A stretch of DNA of 53,027 nucleotides, counting the filler, from Circinaria calcarea (Eukaryota), in the NCBI GenBank assembly GCA_051942165.1. It is 3 parts of 3 records of this genome, joined end to end, with 100 filler letters (N's around TTAATTAATTAA, not from the genome) between each part and the next. Parts side by side here need not be neighbours in the genome. Positions count along the whole stretch, not along the records: positions 1 to 17,656 come from JAVECS010000262.1; 2 more parts are not named here. One strand, written 5' to 3'. Position numbers and translations under genes: made by a program. Of the stretch, positions 1-12,204 are shown piece after piece (position 1 is the first letter of the stretch; every line of letters starts with the position of its first letter). The notes beneath the pieces are model-generated. The model did no database searches. It worked only from the letters and a program-made list of their open reading frames with translations, and was not told where the DNA came from.

Positions 1-945
1 GTTGGGCAGGAAGGTACTTACCGGAGGAAAAGAATTTGGTCAAGCCAGGGCCGGTTTGGACGGTATCCGATGTGTACCCGAGGCCATGCCACCGCAATTG
101 GGCACAATCAACGACCGCAGGGCTTCCGAGTTTTGAGTCACAGACATAAGTCATTTCGTCCGGAGTCGACGAGGCTCTTTGCCACCATCTCTGTGAACTG
201 GCTCTCCGCATGCTCATGCCACGCAGTGCAATGTTGGTGAAACTATCCAGGATGTGATATTGACCGGCCCTGTTCGGCGAAGGAGTTCCAAAGTTCGCCG
301 CTTGATTTATAACTGCGATTGGGACAAGCGGATCGGTGTCCCCGGGGCTCGTCATCATAACATCGGGGCCGCTAATGGTGACGGTGATGAACCACAAGGC
401 GCTTGCTTGGAACCGTCAGTGGGGAAATAGCTCCAAGATACGGCCTTATGGTCTTACTGTCCCTATATACAAGCCAAGGTCCAGAGTACCTCAAAGCCTC
501 GATGAACGACCCTAGACCATGAGTGATGAAACCACCGAAGCCATCGAAGCCAACCGCACAACCATTGATTACATACCCTGCCATTGCACGGATATCATCT
601 GGGATCAGCGGGACGGAACGGAGACGTCCGAAATTTGGCCCGGCGACTTCGACCGTGATTGAACAGGTACCTTGTGACTGTCAGTATATGCAAAGCCATA
701 TATAGATAGACATGTGGTTAAGTGTTGCCGGGTTCCTGACCGTGCGTCACCCTTAACGGCAACTGATTCGGCATCCGCCCCAGTGGACCGTTCAAGTAGT
801 AATCCATTGCCGTCGCCCCTTGCGAGAGCATGCCACCCGCAATCTCACAATCCGCCGGAGCGATTCCTCGACCGTACTCGACATGGCAGGAAAAGAAGTC
901 CGGATCGACAGGCGCGGTTGCAATCAGTGCTCGATGGCTCAGCAT
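1..945 (-). CDS. Partial multi-exon hypothetical Cys-rich protein, possibly secreted; 3' end runs out of the window and the 5' end is uncertain
   Basis: Three minus-strand coding blocks joined by GT..AG introns: CHVEYGRGIAPADC..., GTCSITVEVAGP...GFGGFITHG..., and ...MTYVCDSKLGSPAVVDC...FFSS, followed by a GTAAGT donor at 21-16. Confidence 0.55.
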
Positions 946-1000
946 CCCCCCTAAGCTTGAGAAGTGTTGAGAGACTACGTTGCCAGAAGGAAATTCGAAA

Positions 1001-1069
1001 AGGGAATCAGATTGGGAGAAAGGGAATCAAATTGGGAGAAAGGGAATCAAATTGGGAAAAAAAGGAATC
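1001..1069 (+). repeat. 20-bp tandem repeat, about 3.5 copies of AGGGAATCAAATTGGGAGAA
   Basis: Units read directly at 1001-1020, 1021-1040 and 1041-1060, plus a partial unit. Confidence 0.9.
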
Positions 1070-3341
1070 CTATCAAACCAAAAGCATCATAACAAATCTA
1101 CAATGCGCGAGCAATCGAGTGACGGACATGAGAATTCCTCCTATATGTATAAATCCCCCAAAAGGCGCCAATTTTCGTCGGCTCTAGTGAATCGTAAGAA
1201 GAGGCGCCCCGGATGTTGAATTGAAACATGTGTTTTGGGATAAAAAGTAGGAGGATTTCCCCTGTCATCGTGTTTCCCACGTACATTTTTGTAGGGGATA
1301 TGAGAGTACTGGCGAAATTTCGCGACAGAAGCGAGTTTCTGACGTGGAGCTTACCATTGCGAAGAGCTACCGAAACACGCAAGGTGAGCCAATGCGTAAA
1401 ATGAGGTCGTGAAAGGGGGGACTCGAACAGGATAGGCGCTTTCTGATGGGTTCTAGGATAGTAGTGGTATTCCCGCCTCCTGTTTCTAAGGGGTGTTCCC
1501 ACTATATAAACAGTACACCCTTATTCCCTACCGTGTACAAACCCCATGTTTCATCATCATAACCCAACCCTTTCCCTCCCCCTCCCGCGAACCCCGACTT
1601 AAATACTGAAAAGAGGTTTCGTGCTGACATGAATGGGTGAGGTTCTAAAGCTAGAAGGCATAAATAAGCCATACAGTAGCGTGCCAAGATATACGCCCCA
1701 CAATGCTTAATTTACTCGGCATATTTAGTGTAAATAACTTATTTAAAGACCACATTTACAAGGACATGCCATAACCTGCCGGGTACATCACATGCATGAT
1801 TCGTCCTCAAGGTTTAGACTTACACAATTAATAATGAGCTTTAGATAACCCCAGATTAGGTGACCCGCTCCACCGAATGCGCAAAAGATATTCGAGGCTA
1901 TGGACAGTGGGAAAGTTTCTCGCTTAAACCCCCCTACCCTCCTCCCCTCCGTAGCTCCGCCATCCCTTCTGCTCACTTTCATCGCCGAAAATCAAAAAAT
2001 TCCACCCAAAATCCCTACATCCTCCATAGGGCTATCTCCCTATCCTCCCCCTCCCCTTCAGGTCTAATCCGCTTTCCCTGTACTCCCGAACGCGAACCCT
2101 TTCCTTCCTCCCTACTCACCGTCCTTGATGAAAAACACCCGCCTAACCGCTTTTTTCACGAATAGGCAATTAGCCCTCTCTTGTTTGAGTTATTGATGCC
2201 CCCTTTTATTTCTGTAGGGGAGGGGAAAAAGAGGATTAGGTGATGGAAAGATCGAAGAGGCTTTGCGAATGAGGACTTCCTACCGCCCTCCCCTCCTCTT
2301 CGCGCCTCCCCTTTCTCCTGGGAGCCATCTCCTTCCTCCCCCCTCTCTCTGCAAAGAAAAGCCAGCCCATGCGCCCTCTGAGCTTTTCTTCAACCACTCC
2401 ATCTCCTAACCTCCCTTTCCCCTTCCCCTTCTATCGAAACGCCTGCATCTCTCACGTAGAGCAAAGACCAAGAACCCAATATTTCAAAACTCTACGAATC
2501 TGGATCCTGCTTGCCGATCTATCCTTGTGCAGCCAATTCAATCTAGGCAGACCGGGTAGGGCAGGGCAGGACGGACTGGGTCGCAAGGCCTGTTTGGAAA
2601 AGCAAAAGGTTTCTGCGGGAGTCGAGGTTAGGGGAGTGACGGGATTAAGGAGGAGGGGAGGGGGAAGGGAGCGAGAGAATGAGAGGAGTGAAGGTATGGG
2701 CGGCTAAGAATGTTTTTTCTTCCCACTCTTCCCACCTCCCTCCCCCAACTCCCAGTAAGACATACATATAGCAAGTGCGCGGCAAGGGACGCATCGGTGA
2801 ATAGGCGCCTTTCCAACAGCACAGCCGGTTAGGAAAATGATCACAAAGGAATAAAACGAGAAAAAAGGGGATTGTGGACGGAAGGAAAAAAGAGGAAGAA
2901 AGGAGATTGAGAGCGCAAAAATCTTCTCCCCGATCTACTTGTGGGATTGTTAGATGTGTTGTAGTTGGCAAGGTAGGAGTAAGAGTAAGAGTAAGAGTGG
3001 GAGATCATCCGATTGTTAGCGGAGCGCGCACCAACAGTGTGGCAAGGCATATTTAGAATACGTAACAAAATAGAGAATTGATAATGAGCATGGAGAGTAT
3101 AGGATAAGAAATTTTTCGGGCTTGTGGAAAACTACTTTTGAACCCGGTGATTCCAGATACAAGAATGTATCTCACCTTTGCATCTCTTCGAGCAAACCTT
3201 ATAGAGCAAACGCTTCATGTTCCGAAACAGGAAACTTTACCGTTCCCGTCCTATATCACTACAGAACACACAAGCCCTAGACCATATCCCAGCAGAGCCC
3301 CAAAAACTCCCCTTGGGCATCCGTTCGTACCATTTTCCGGC

Positions 3342-6011
3342 CTACCCGCCCCTCTCCCCAAACTCCTTGGCCCAATTCTCAAACTCTTGCAATCCCTCTT
3401 TACTGACACTAGGCCTAATGTTGATCAGACTAGCTTCAAAGTCCTCGAATCGAATCGGCCGAATCTCATCCATGGACATCTGCAGAAGCGCTTCGCCGAG
3501 ACTGCGCAGAGGGCCCATGGCTGCGTCTTTGGCGAGAGCAGTTATGTCGGAGCCAGAGTAGCCTTAAAAATTGTCAGTGAGTTTAAAATAGGGCCTACCT
3601 AGGATTAAAGTGTAGTAGGGCTTACCATCCGTCAGTTGGACCAATACCTCTAAATCCTGCTCATTCAACTCATGCTTCTGATGTCCCAGTAAGGTCTCCA
3701 ATTGCGCCCTTCGCACATGGGCTTCCGGCAACGGTATGTACTGCCGTCTGACAAACCTCCTCCTTGCAGCCTCGTCAATGGCCCAAGGCAAATTTGTCGC
3801 CGCTAGAACCAAAACCCTGCTCGCATCACCCTCCTTCTTCTCCTTATCCGTCTGCTCCTTACCTGCCGCCGCGCGTTGTAGATCGGACCATTGGATAAGG
3901 AATTCGGTCTTGATCCGCCTTGTAGACTCATGCTCACTAGATCCTCCTCTTGACGAAAGCAGAGAGTCAATCTCATCAACGAATATAATACTCGGCGCTA
4001 GCGCCCTTGCTAGCGCGAATAACGCGCGAACCAACTTTTCAGATTCGCCCAACCATTTAGATGTCAAACTTGATGCTGATATCGCGAAGAAAGTAGAGCG
4101 AGACTCCGTTGCGACCGCCCGCGCAAGCATAGTTTTCCCCGTTCCAGGTGGCCCAAACAGAAGCATGCCCCTCGCTGGTTCTCGTAAACCCATGAAGAGA
4201 TCCGGCCGTAGAAACGGATATACCACTGCTTCCTTCAGAGCTTTCTTTGCGGCATCTAATCCGGCGACATCATCCCAATGTACCTCATCACCTTGGACTA
4301 CGATCTCGTTGAAGATTTGCTTGGCTGCACCTTCGTCGATACCTTTTGGGAGGTGTTTCTTGATGTAGCTGAGACGCTCGGTCCAGTCTTTCGATGTTGC
4401 AGATCCTTCAGGAGAGTCACGATCTGTTGATGGTGGGGTAGTCGGAGCAGCACTGGATGCAAGCTCTGATCGCTTTCGACGAGGCAACCGCCGGTCGTCG
4501 TTCTTTGCTTCTCGGCTACTACTAGTGTTTTCGTCGGCGCTTTCCGAAGATGCTTCCTCCGTTTCATTCCTGCCTATGCGGTCCAGTCGCGGGGATGAAG
4601 TGTTTGCTGCAGGCCGACGAGACATAGGCGGAGGTATGGGTGGCCGAATTTTCCTTTGGGGTGAACGTTGCCGGGAGATTGCAAAAGTGCCTCTATCTTC
4701 ACCAACCTTCCCATGACGGCTTTGAAGCGAAGCCTTCGCACTAGGCGTAGGGGCTGGGTACTCATTTCTGTAAGTCAGGTAATCGGGAACGGGCTGCTGC
4801 TTTCTATTAGGTAACTTTCTCGCAACTGGATTCAGGTTCGTCTCCTTCATCTCGGGCTGTGGCAATGGAGCAATAGGCCGCTCAGGGCACACTTGGTCTT
4901 CAGCACCCGATTGTTTAGTTTCGACAGCACTTAGTCCTTTTCCTTTTGCGTTAGCATGGTCATGATTGCCTCTTGGTTGCGACAAGTCTTGTCGAGATAG
5001 ATACTCCAGGGGAGAATAAGGTCGTGTGGAGCTATTACTTTGTGATGCAAATCCTTCCCCCTCGACTCCGGAAAGTGACTCCCGTTTAAGAGTGTTTCCA
5101 TCTCCAAAGCTGTCTCTGTGGACGGAGTTTAGCGTTGTGGTGCTACCACCTGTAAGACTTTGCCCAATTTTTGATCCTGAAGCTCGCGATATTGAATCCC
5201 AAGCTAAACCTGCAGCTTTTGATGCCTCTAGCGGCCTAGGACTTTTCCCGCTTGATGTCCTCGGAGACCTAGCTGGCCGTTTCCCATCTTTACTTGGTCG
5301 AAGCGTCGTTAGCATCCTATTTCTCTTTTCTGGGCTTGGTGTCCTAGATACATGCTTGAGCGGTGGAGGCAAAGCAGGGGGTGAGTATGGCGAGGGAGGG
5401 TCAAGAAGAGGTTTTTCATGGGAAGCAGTTGGTGGTCGGGATTGCGAGTCAGCGATCTTTTGCCCTGACATGGCAGGCCTTGCGGGTAACGGGGGCGCAG
5501 GTCTTGACAGGTCAGGGTATTTCACAGCTGGAACAGTGCCTTGACCCAACCATCCAGCCTTCTCCTTCTCAACCTGTTCGTTTGGTGTTTTGGATAAGGA
5601 GAAACGTCCGAGGACGCTAGTGCTATTATCTTGCTTATCGCCAGTACTCTTATCTTCCATTCGACTTTGGCGCAGAGCCTCAAGCAAATCTACTCGCTCC
5701 TTACACTGCAGCTCCATAGATCGTAACGAGTCTTGTAAGGCCTTTTCAGTTTCTGATTTCGGTCGATAGTTTGGTGGAACTCGATAGGCATTGTGGTAGT
5801 AGATTTGATCAAGTGCGGACCGCCATGAGCGGAGTGCCTCTGCTTCATTGTTCTAGGAAATTACATGTAGTTAGCTAAGGTCCAAGAACCAGATAGAAGC
5901 CGGACGGTGACAAGTACTGACCTGACCCTCAAAGTAGACGGCAGTCGAACAGATCAAATAGCAGTCATCGTACGTCTTCTGCATGGAAGACGACGTCTTG
6001 TTGCGCATCAT
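3342..6011 (-). CDS. AAA+ ATPase of the spastin/fidgetin (Sap1/Yta6-like) family; exons 6011-5922, 5852-3626, 3562-3342
   Basis: Walker A GPPGTGKT, Walker [28 protein letters not shown] and a Vps4_C-like tail ([21 protein letters not shown]). Canonical introns keep the frame. Confidence 0.92.
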
Positions 6012-6990
6012 TACTTACAACCAGAGTTTTCCGGTATCTCATGACAATATGAATAACTTTACACGGAGGTAGATGTTCTATTGAGACGATATGCTGTAAC
6101 AAGCCAGCCTCGTGGTGCTGGTCCCCTTGACCGTATGACGTTGCACCTACCAGATGCACGGCCCAAGCGCGCTCCTAAGTATTCTAGGATAATACAAATC
6201 CTGAGTAAAATTCTCTTATAGTAGCAGACATATTCCCCGGAGAACGAGGTAACCAGTAACCTTGACAAAATGAAAAACTGCAGAGTAGTTACTGCCACTT
6301 TAATGTATTCGTTATTTTGTTTATTTTGAGAAGACATGAGAAGGCATAACCTAAGCTAAAGGAGTGCGCCGCATTGAGCACATCTGGCACCCCGAAGCGA
6401 GATAAGCCATGAGTTACCATAAGCGCCCTTATCTTTATCGATTACTCAGCCCTACCATCTCACCTAGCATTCAAGGGTTTAGAGTAGGGTTATACCTGTT
6501 ACAACCCTTATATGGGTAGAGCATCTGGCGAGCGTTTGGAGTGTAACAGTATCAGGGTAACGAGTCTCTGATTCGCCTGCCCTTTGATGTGCAGCCCTGC
6601 TCTCCAAGTACTGGCAGTAGCTGGGCCCCTGATGTATATACATATGGAGCACGCCTTCCCCGAAGGCCTCTTTGATTATTTGTAAACGCCGGAGAACGAC
6701 CTGTAAATGCAGACGACGCAGTCGCATAATCGGTATCGTCGTAGCCAGCCTTTTGCAAAGACAAATGCCTACCAAGTCTATCATAATACATTTGACGCAG
6801 CATGATGCAACGCTCAAAACACAAATACCGGAGTGTCTGTCCAATACCAGATCTTGGTATCTGTTAAACAAGAAATTAGGAGGTCAGAGGGGCCCTAGAT
6901 CCTGAGGAAGGTTCCCCCAGTGTAGATAGGATACAGTCAGATGGATAATCCATCAAGAGGGTTTGGCGTGATGGCTCATGCCGTTTCGGG

Positions 6991-8304
6991 TCATAACGCC
7001 GATGTCTCCTTGGCTTGACGTACAAAGTACGCCTTTGCCATTTCGTAAGAGCTCCTGTTTGTTTTCGTAAGCCCTAATTAACGAATGCAGCAAGCTTCAA
7101 ACTCACCAACAAATGGCTGTACTTGGCATTGCCGTGATGACCCTAGGCCGCAATCCACGGAAGAAACCTGCGTACCCATATCTCTGCTTAATAATCGACG
7201 CTGCAACTAGCAGTCCCTTTGCTGACCTTACACCGGGATCGTTTGCTGTGCCTCGAGTTTGCAGTAGAGTCTTGATAGTATCCAGAGGGGTAGTTAAACC
7301 CGCAGCAAAACCACCTGCCAGACCACCTGCTACGCAATGTGTGAGCGGATCGTAGTTTCTCGAAGGATTAATCACTTTCGAGATAGACTCGTAGGCCATG
7401 AACTGTAGCGCCGTGAGAGGTACCGTCATAAAAAGAGTCGTCGGGTAGGAGATGTAGAATGCTCTGAAGCCTTCTTGACTGTAGACACGACGGGCGCACT
7501 GGAATGCATTCTTATAAATAGAGCCATGTACTTGCATCCGTTGTTTTATAACTAGACAGCCCTGTTAAGACTCACTAAAAGTCGAACGGGAGGGAGCTCA
7601 CCATCAAAAGGATTCATAAGTCCATCGCTAGCAATCGTAGCACATGCTCCACTGGTAGCTAAGGGTACATGAGCCACGAACTCATCAGAAATGCTAAGGA
7701 TATATCGACCACATACCGGCTGCAAGAGGGTGATGTACGCTGCGATCATTTCCTCCCATAGCATGTTTAACCGCCTCGTACGTTGCAAAGTAGACCGCAT
7801 GAGCAGGACCTATACAGTTTTCAGCAGCCATTCCGCCATGCAAGTTGTATCCATGCATACCAGCTCCAACGATCACGCTTGTCATCCCTCGCCACAGCGA
7901 CTGAAAACCTTCTAACCTCGCGATCGTAGTCATGGCATTGGTGAGACCAGAATAGATTGCACCCGGCGAAGGATTGATTACTTGCATCCGTGTCTTGAAT
8001 CCATCAGTATGGTTCTTATATGCCCAGGCAGGCGCATACTTTGAGCAGATCGACAGGATACATAACCGTATGTTCCTTTGTCTCCTTCAGCTATGATCCC
8101 CTATGATATGCTCACAAAGGCAAGAGCATATTTACCGCTATCCCCGCGAACGCCCCCGCGAGCATGTTGTTGGCAAGGGAAAAGTTGGGAGGCAAACCTT
8201 CGTAGCTAGAATGAGCTGTCAGCAAGGTCTTCGACAGACTGACCCGCTAGAGGTAGGACTTACTCATATTCCTCGACGGGAATTGGATCATGCGCTGCCG
8301 CCAT
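6991..8304 (-). CDS. MRS3/MRS4: Mitochondrial carrier, mitoferrin (iron importer), multi-exon
   Basis: Carrier signatures YPVDLLKTRMQ, NPFD..K.RMQ and TPLDTIKTLLQ; GAGPAHAVYFATYE; C-terminal PSTAICWSSYEMAK. Confidence 0.88.
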
Positions 8305-8980
8305 AGCTTCTTCTGCTAGCTATGTTACAGAAGGGGCGGTTTGGGGGCCTTTTCGCGAGACCTAAGGTGAGACTGAACAGGTCAAGGAGATGGACAGATC
8401 TCTTAGAGTTGTCATGAGGGCTATGTGGGGCATGCCGGTTCAGCACTCTCTTTGACGTTGGCACCACATATTCCGGCGCATTCTGAAATATTTTGCTCCA
8501 ATGGTGATGACCTCAACCTCTACACATTTTCTTTTTCAGTCTAGACACATCCCTGCATACTTCCTTATCAAACTATATGAGAGATTGTATTGCATAACGA
8601 GACATCAAGGATAAGCCTTTAACTATTTTGATAGTTCTCAGTTCTAAGATGTCCTAATGTTAATAGTGACTAGGCTTAGAGTCGTCCCAAAAATGATACT
8701 ATGCCGTAATTAAAATGCAATAGACTTTAAGCACAAATTATGCGCTCAGAACCACCAGTAACACCAAGCCCCGAATGCAGTACAAGTATTTGAAGGACAG
8801 CCCTTCATCAAGGGGATAAACATGTATCTCATGCTGTCGCGTAACCATGTCTGTTAAGTTCTCCGGCAAAGTCAATAACCTCCTGCACATTATGGAAACC
8901 AGTACCAATAGACATCCAACGCCGAATATTCACCAATGATGAATGTGGGTATCCCAAAAAGGTTACAGACCTGGTCGATT

Positions 8981-11864
8981 TTATATGTTAACGCCTGCGC
9001 CTCTACCCTCGGTTTGAGCCTTCGAAAATTGGTATACAAGCCCCAGAACCCCAGGGCCTTTGTCGCCTTTGACTGCCTGGGTACCTTCCTCGCCATTCTC
9101 TTCGTCTACGTTGCCTGCTTGGGTCGTCTTCCAGGACTCTCCGAGATTGCTGTCGTACGCTGCCCCAGTCATACCTTCCATACTGGACTGCTCATTGGTT
9201 TCTATGTGTCTCTCTTCGTCATCTTCGATAAGATCAACAGTAGGCTGTTTTGACACCCGTAACCGCGATTGAGCTCCAAATCTGTGCGGTTGTTTACGGG
9301 CCGCAGGTAAGGGCTGGTGTTGAGGGTCAAGTAATATTGATGTTACCGGCGACTGTTGGTCGCTGAGGGGACCAAACCGCGGTGTACGTACTGACCCGGT
9401 GCCGATCGTTGAATGACGTGTCGTGGTGCGCTCCTGAGTTTCCGTATGATTCTGTCTCCCAACTCTAGCTTCGTGTCCTTCTGCTCTTAGAGGTGGGGAC
9501 ATCAGGCCCGGGAATACAGGAGGGGGATGGAACTGGCGTTTCTTCGAGGGATGTAAGAATGGTGCACCGGCCTTCGGATTAGTGACATAGTTATCAAGGA
9601 AGCCGTAGTAAGACGCGAGCATCTTTCCGTCCTTCGTGGAATAGTACCCCTCTCGAAGGCCCTGTCCACTATTCCCTTGTTGTTGCTGTTGCTTTTGTTG
9701 CTGCGGTTGACCGAGATTGCTTCCACCCTTTTTAAAGTCGAAGACCGCAAATGAACAGACGAATCCCAATCCATCAACATGAAGTGTAAACTCTCGGAAG
9801 AAGTCCACTATTCGGTCGCTGCACTGGGGTAGGCTGATCCATAGGATGAAGGGGGTAAAGATAATGCTGAGCAATTCTTCGAGGAAGATGACGACTTTCA
9901 TTTGGTAGAGCTGGGCAAACTCTTTACGCACGTCATCACTATGCATTCGCCCACGCCACTGAGCAGGAAGATAATGTGTGTATTCTGTAACGTTGCTAAG
10001 AGCATACTCCGGATCAAAGACAAGGTTCTCCTCAGGTACGGCACCTCTCGCAACTGCCCAGACAGTCCCGAATACTCCAAGGTAGAATAGTACAGTACGT
10101 TCAGGAGTGATCTGAAATCCTAGGAATAGTTCGGGATCTATCACTGATGCTAAAGCGAGAACAGATGCGAGTGCTCCAGTGACAAAGGCTACAAATCGTG
10201 AAAGTTGAACGGTCTTGTCTTTGGGGAATTGATCAATGTACCGTGAAGCGAACGGATAAGACATATTGATCCTTCGCTGAAACAGGTGCCATAATTCGTT
10301 GAACTCTCGAAACTTCCACTCCGCAAAAGGTGTGTATTGCCGAGATCCCAATTGAGACGGGTTTTTCTGGTATTCATTGAAATAGCGGAAGAAATACAAC
10401 ATCATAAAATACACCAGTATAAAGGGGGCGCAAATAACGTTCATAATTCCTGCGAAGAGAAATCTCCGGCGCAAGCCATTGCTTAATGCCTTGCGATGCG
10501 TGTCCTTAAGAAAAAGCGGCCGAACCTGACCTTGCTCGTTGAAAACATAATCCAGAATGCATAAGCTCAAGTTCCATTCGAGGGTCTTAGAAAACAATTG
10601 CCGATTCCTCAAGAACGGGACTGGTAGGGTTAAATCCAGAACATCTTTATTGAAAAGAGCAATCAGGTAATTATCACGACGCATCAGACGATTTGCGATA
10701 TCATGTGCATCCATGCGTTGTTTCGACTGGCTCCCGATAAATCGACGGTGTCGTTCCTTGACTCCTGAGGCAGTAGATGGATTCGCGTCTCTCAATAACA
10801 TAAGGCGCTTGACAACTTCTTGCCATGAAATGGTCTGAATATCGGTGTCAGGTATCTCAAGAAGGTGGTGATAGAAGTCGTGCATGTGCCTCAGCCGCCT
10901 GATATCGAAGAGGTACTGAAAGGCCTTTGCGACCCATAGGAACGCGAATAGCCAGATCAACATATTTGCGAATCTCGACATGTTTGTCGTACATTGCGGT
11001 ATTAATATCTCCCGAAGTGCTTCTTTCTGTGGTAGAAGTTGAAAGTCGATGCACGACGTTAGGAAAGTGCCAAAACCTACCACGAATGCTAAAGTGCTAA
11101 ATCGTGTACATTAGCTGAGACATCCACTTATAACCAAAGGACACTTACAGTAAGTTCAAAATCCGACCCAACAGAATGCACCATATGCCGTTGCCAATAA
11201 AGTAATCATACACATCCCTCAGGAAGTTGTCAAGGTTTTCAACGTTGGCCCACCTCCACATTGCTTTCTCCTTTGGATCCACCATTACCAGTGGATTCCT
11301 TGTTCGAAAGGGCTGTCTATTACGCGCTGGCTCTCGAGAATCCTCTTGATAAGGTGATTGTTGTAGCTGCTCCCGCGTAGTTTGCCACTTTGCCCTTGCA
11401 GGGTTGGTAGCTTGCCCAGCAACGGACATAGAAGGTGGATTTGGTAGCTCATGGCCTGCATACAGGTACTCTGGAGACACTGGAGCACCTGGTTGATTCT
11501 CTTCAACTAAAAGGGATAAGGGAACTTCGTCGTCCAGATCATCCGTCCCGAGCAATATTGGTGTTCTTTGAAGTCTCTTTGCCTTCCTCGTCGTAGGTGT
11601 CCCTTCCCTCCTGCCTTGTTTATCCTTCTCTGCTTCGACGGTAGAATGATCTAGTTGAGACTGGCTTTCCATAGTATCCACGAGAGCTTGGTCGAGTTCG
11701 AATGTATGATCAGCCAGATTTTCCTCATCTAACAAAGCCGTGCCAGCTCTTTCTTCGATATCAGTCCCATCAGATGACTCGTCGTATTCCCGAAGCGCTT
11801 CGTAAACAGATGGTGACCCAGCAGTAGAAGGCAATAGCCGGGAAAGGATATTTGAAGCCATCAT
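8981..11864 (-). CDS. ATG9: Autophagy lipid scramblase Atg9 (one intron near 11097-11148)
   Basis: [70 protein letters not shown] and [10 protein letters not shown]. Confidence 0.95.
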
Positions 11865-12204
11865 AATTCATGGAGGCCTTGACAAACACTTAAGAAATGT
11901 GGCTGATGAATGCAGGTTGCCTTGAGTCAGGAGCACAAGACCCTGCGGCAGACAGCTGCGCATACTCTCCGCGAGTGCCTGTACAACGATACATGACAGT
12001 CTATACGCAGCCTTGTGTCATCATGTGAGACAGTTGATAGCTAGTCACTACAAGGTATTGTCATGTGGAGGTGTGTTGCTGTGATGGGGGGCGGTCGTGC
12101 CAAGGATCTTCCCGCAATCCCGCCATAAGAGTTATATGTAAACCACCCCCTCCATACGAATATCATCCAGATTTATTCTCCGTGATGAATTAGAACATGA
12201 AAGG

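Noticed and set aside
1001..1069. Regular short repeats resembling a CRISPR array or telomere
   Set aside because: Contiguous units with no spacers in a eukaryotic context, and not TTAGGG-type.
714..1219. Plus-strand ORFs of 157 and 79 aa containing repeated peptides
   Set aside because: Products of the 20-bp tandem repeat and of antisense to the real minus-strand exon; no protein features.
3736..5620. Long antisense ORFs over the AAA ATPase (similar ones overlie DSK2, NIF3 and BOI)
   Set aside because: Shadow ORFs from codon bias of the real genes.
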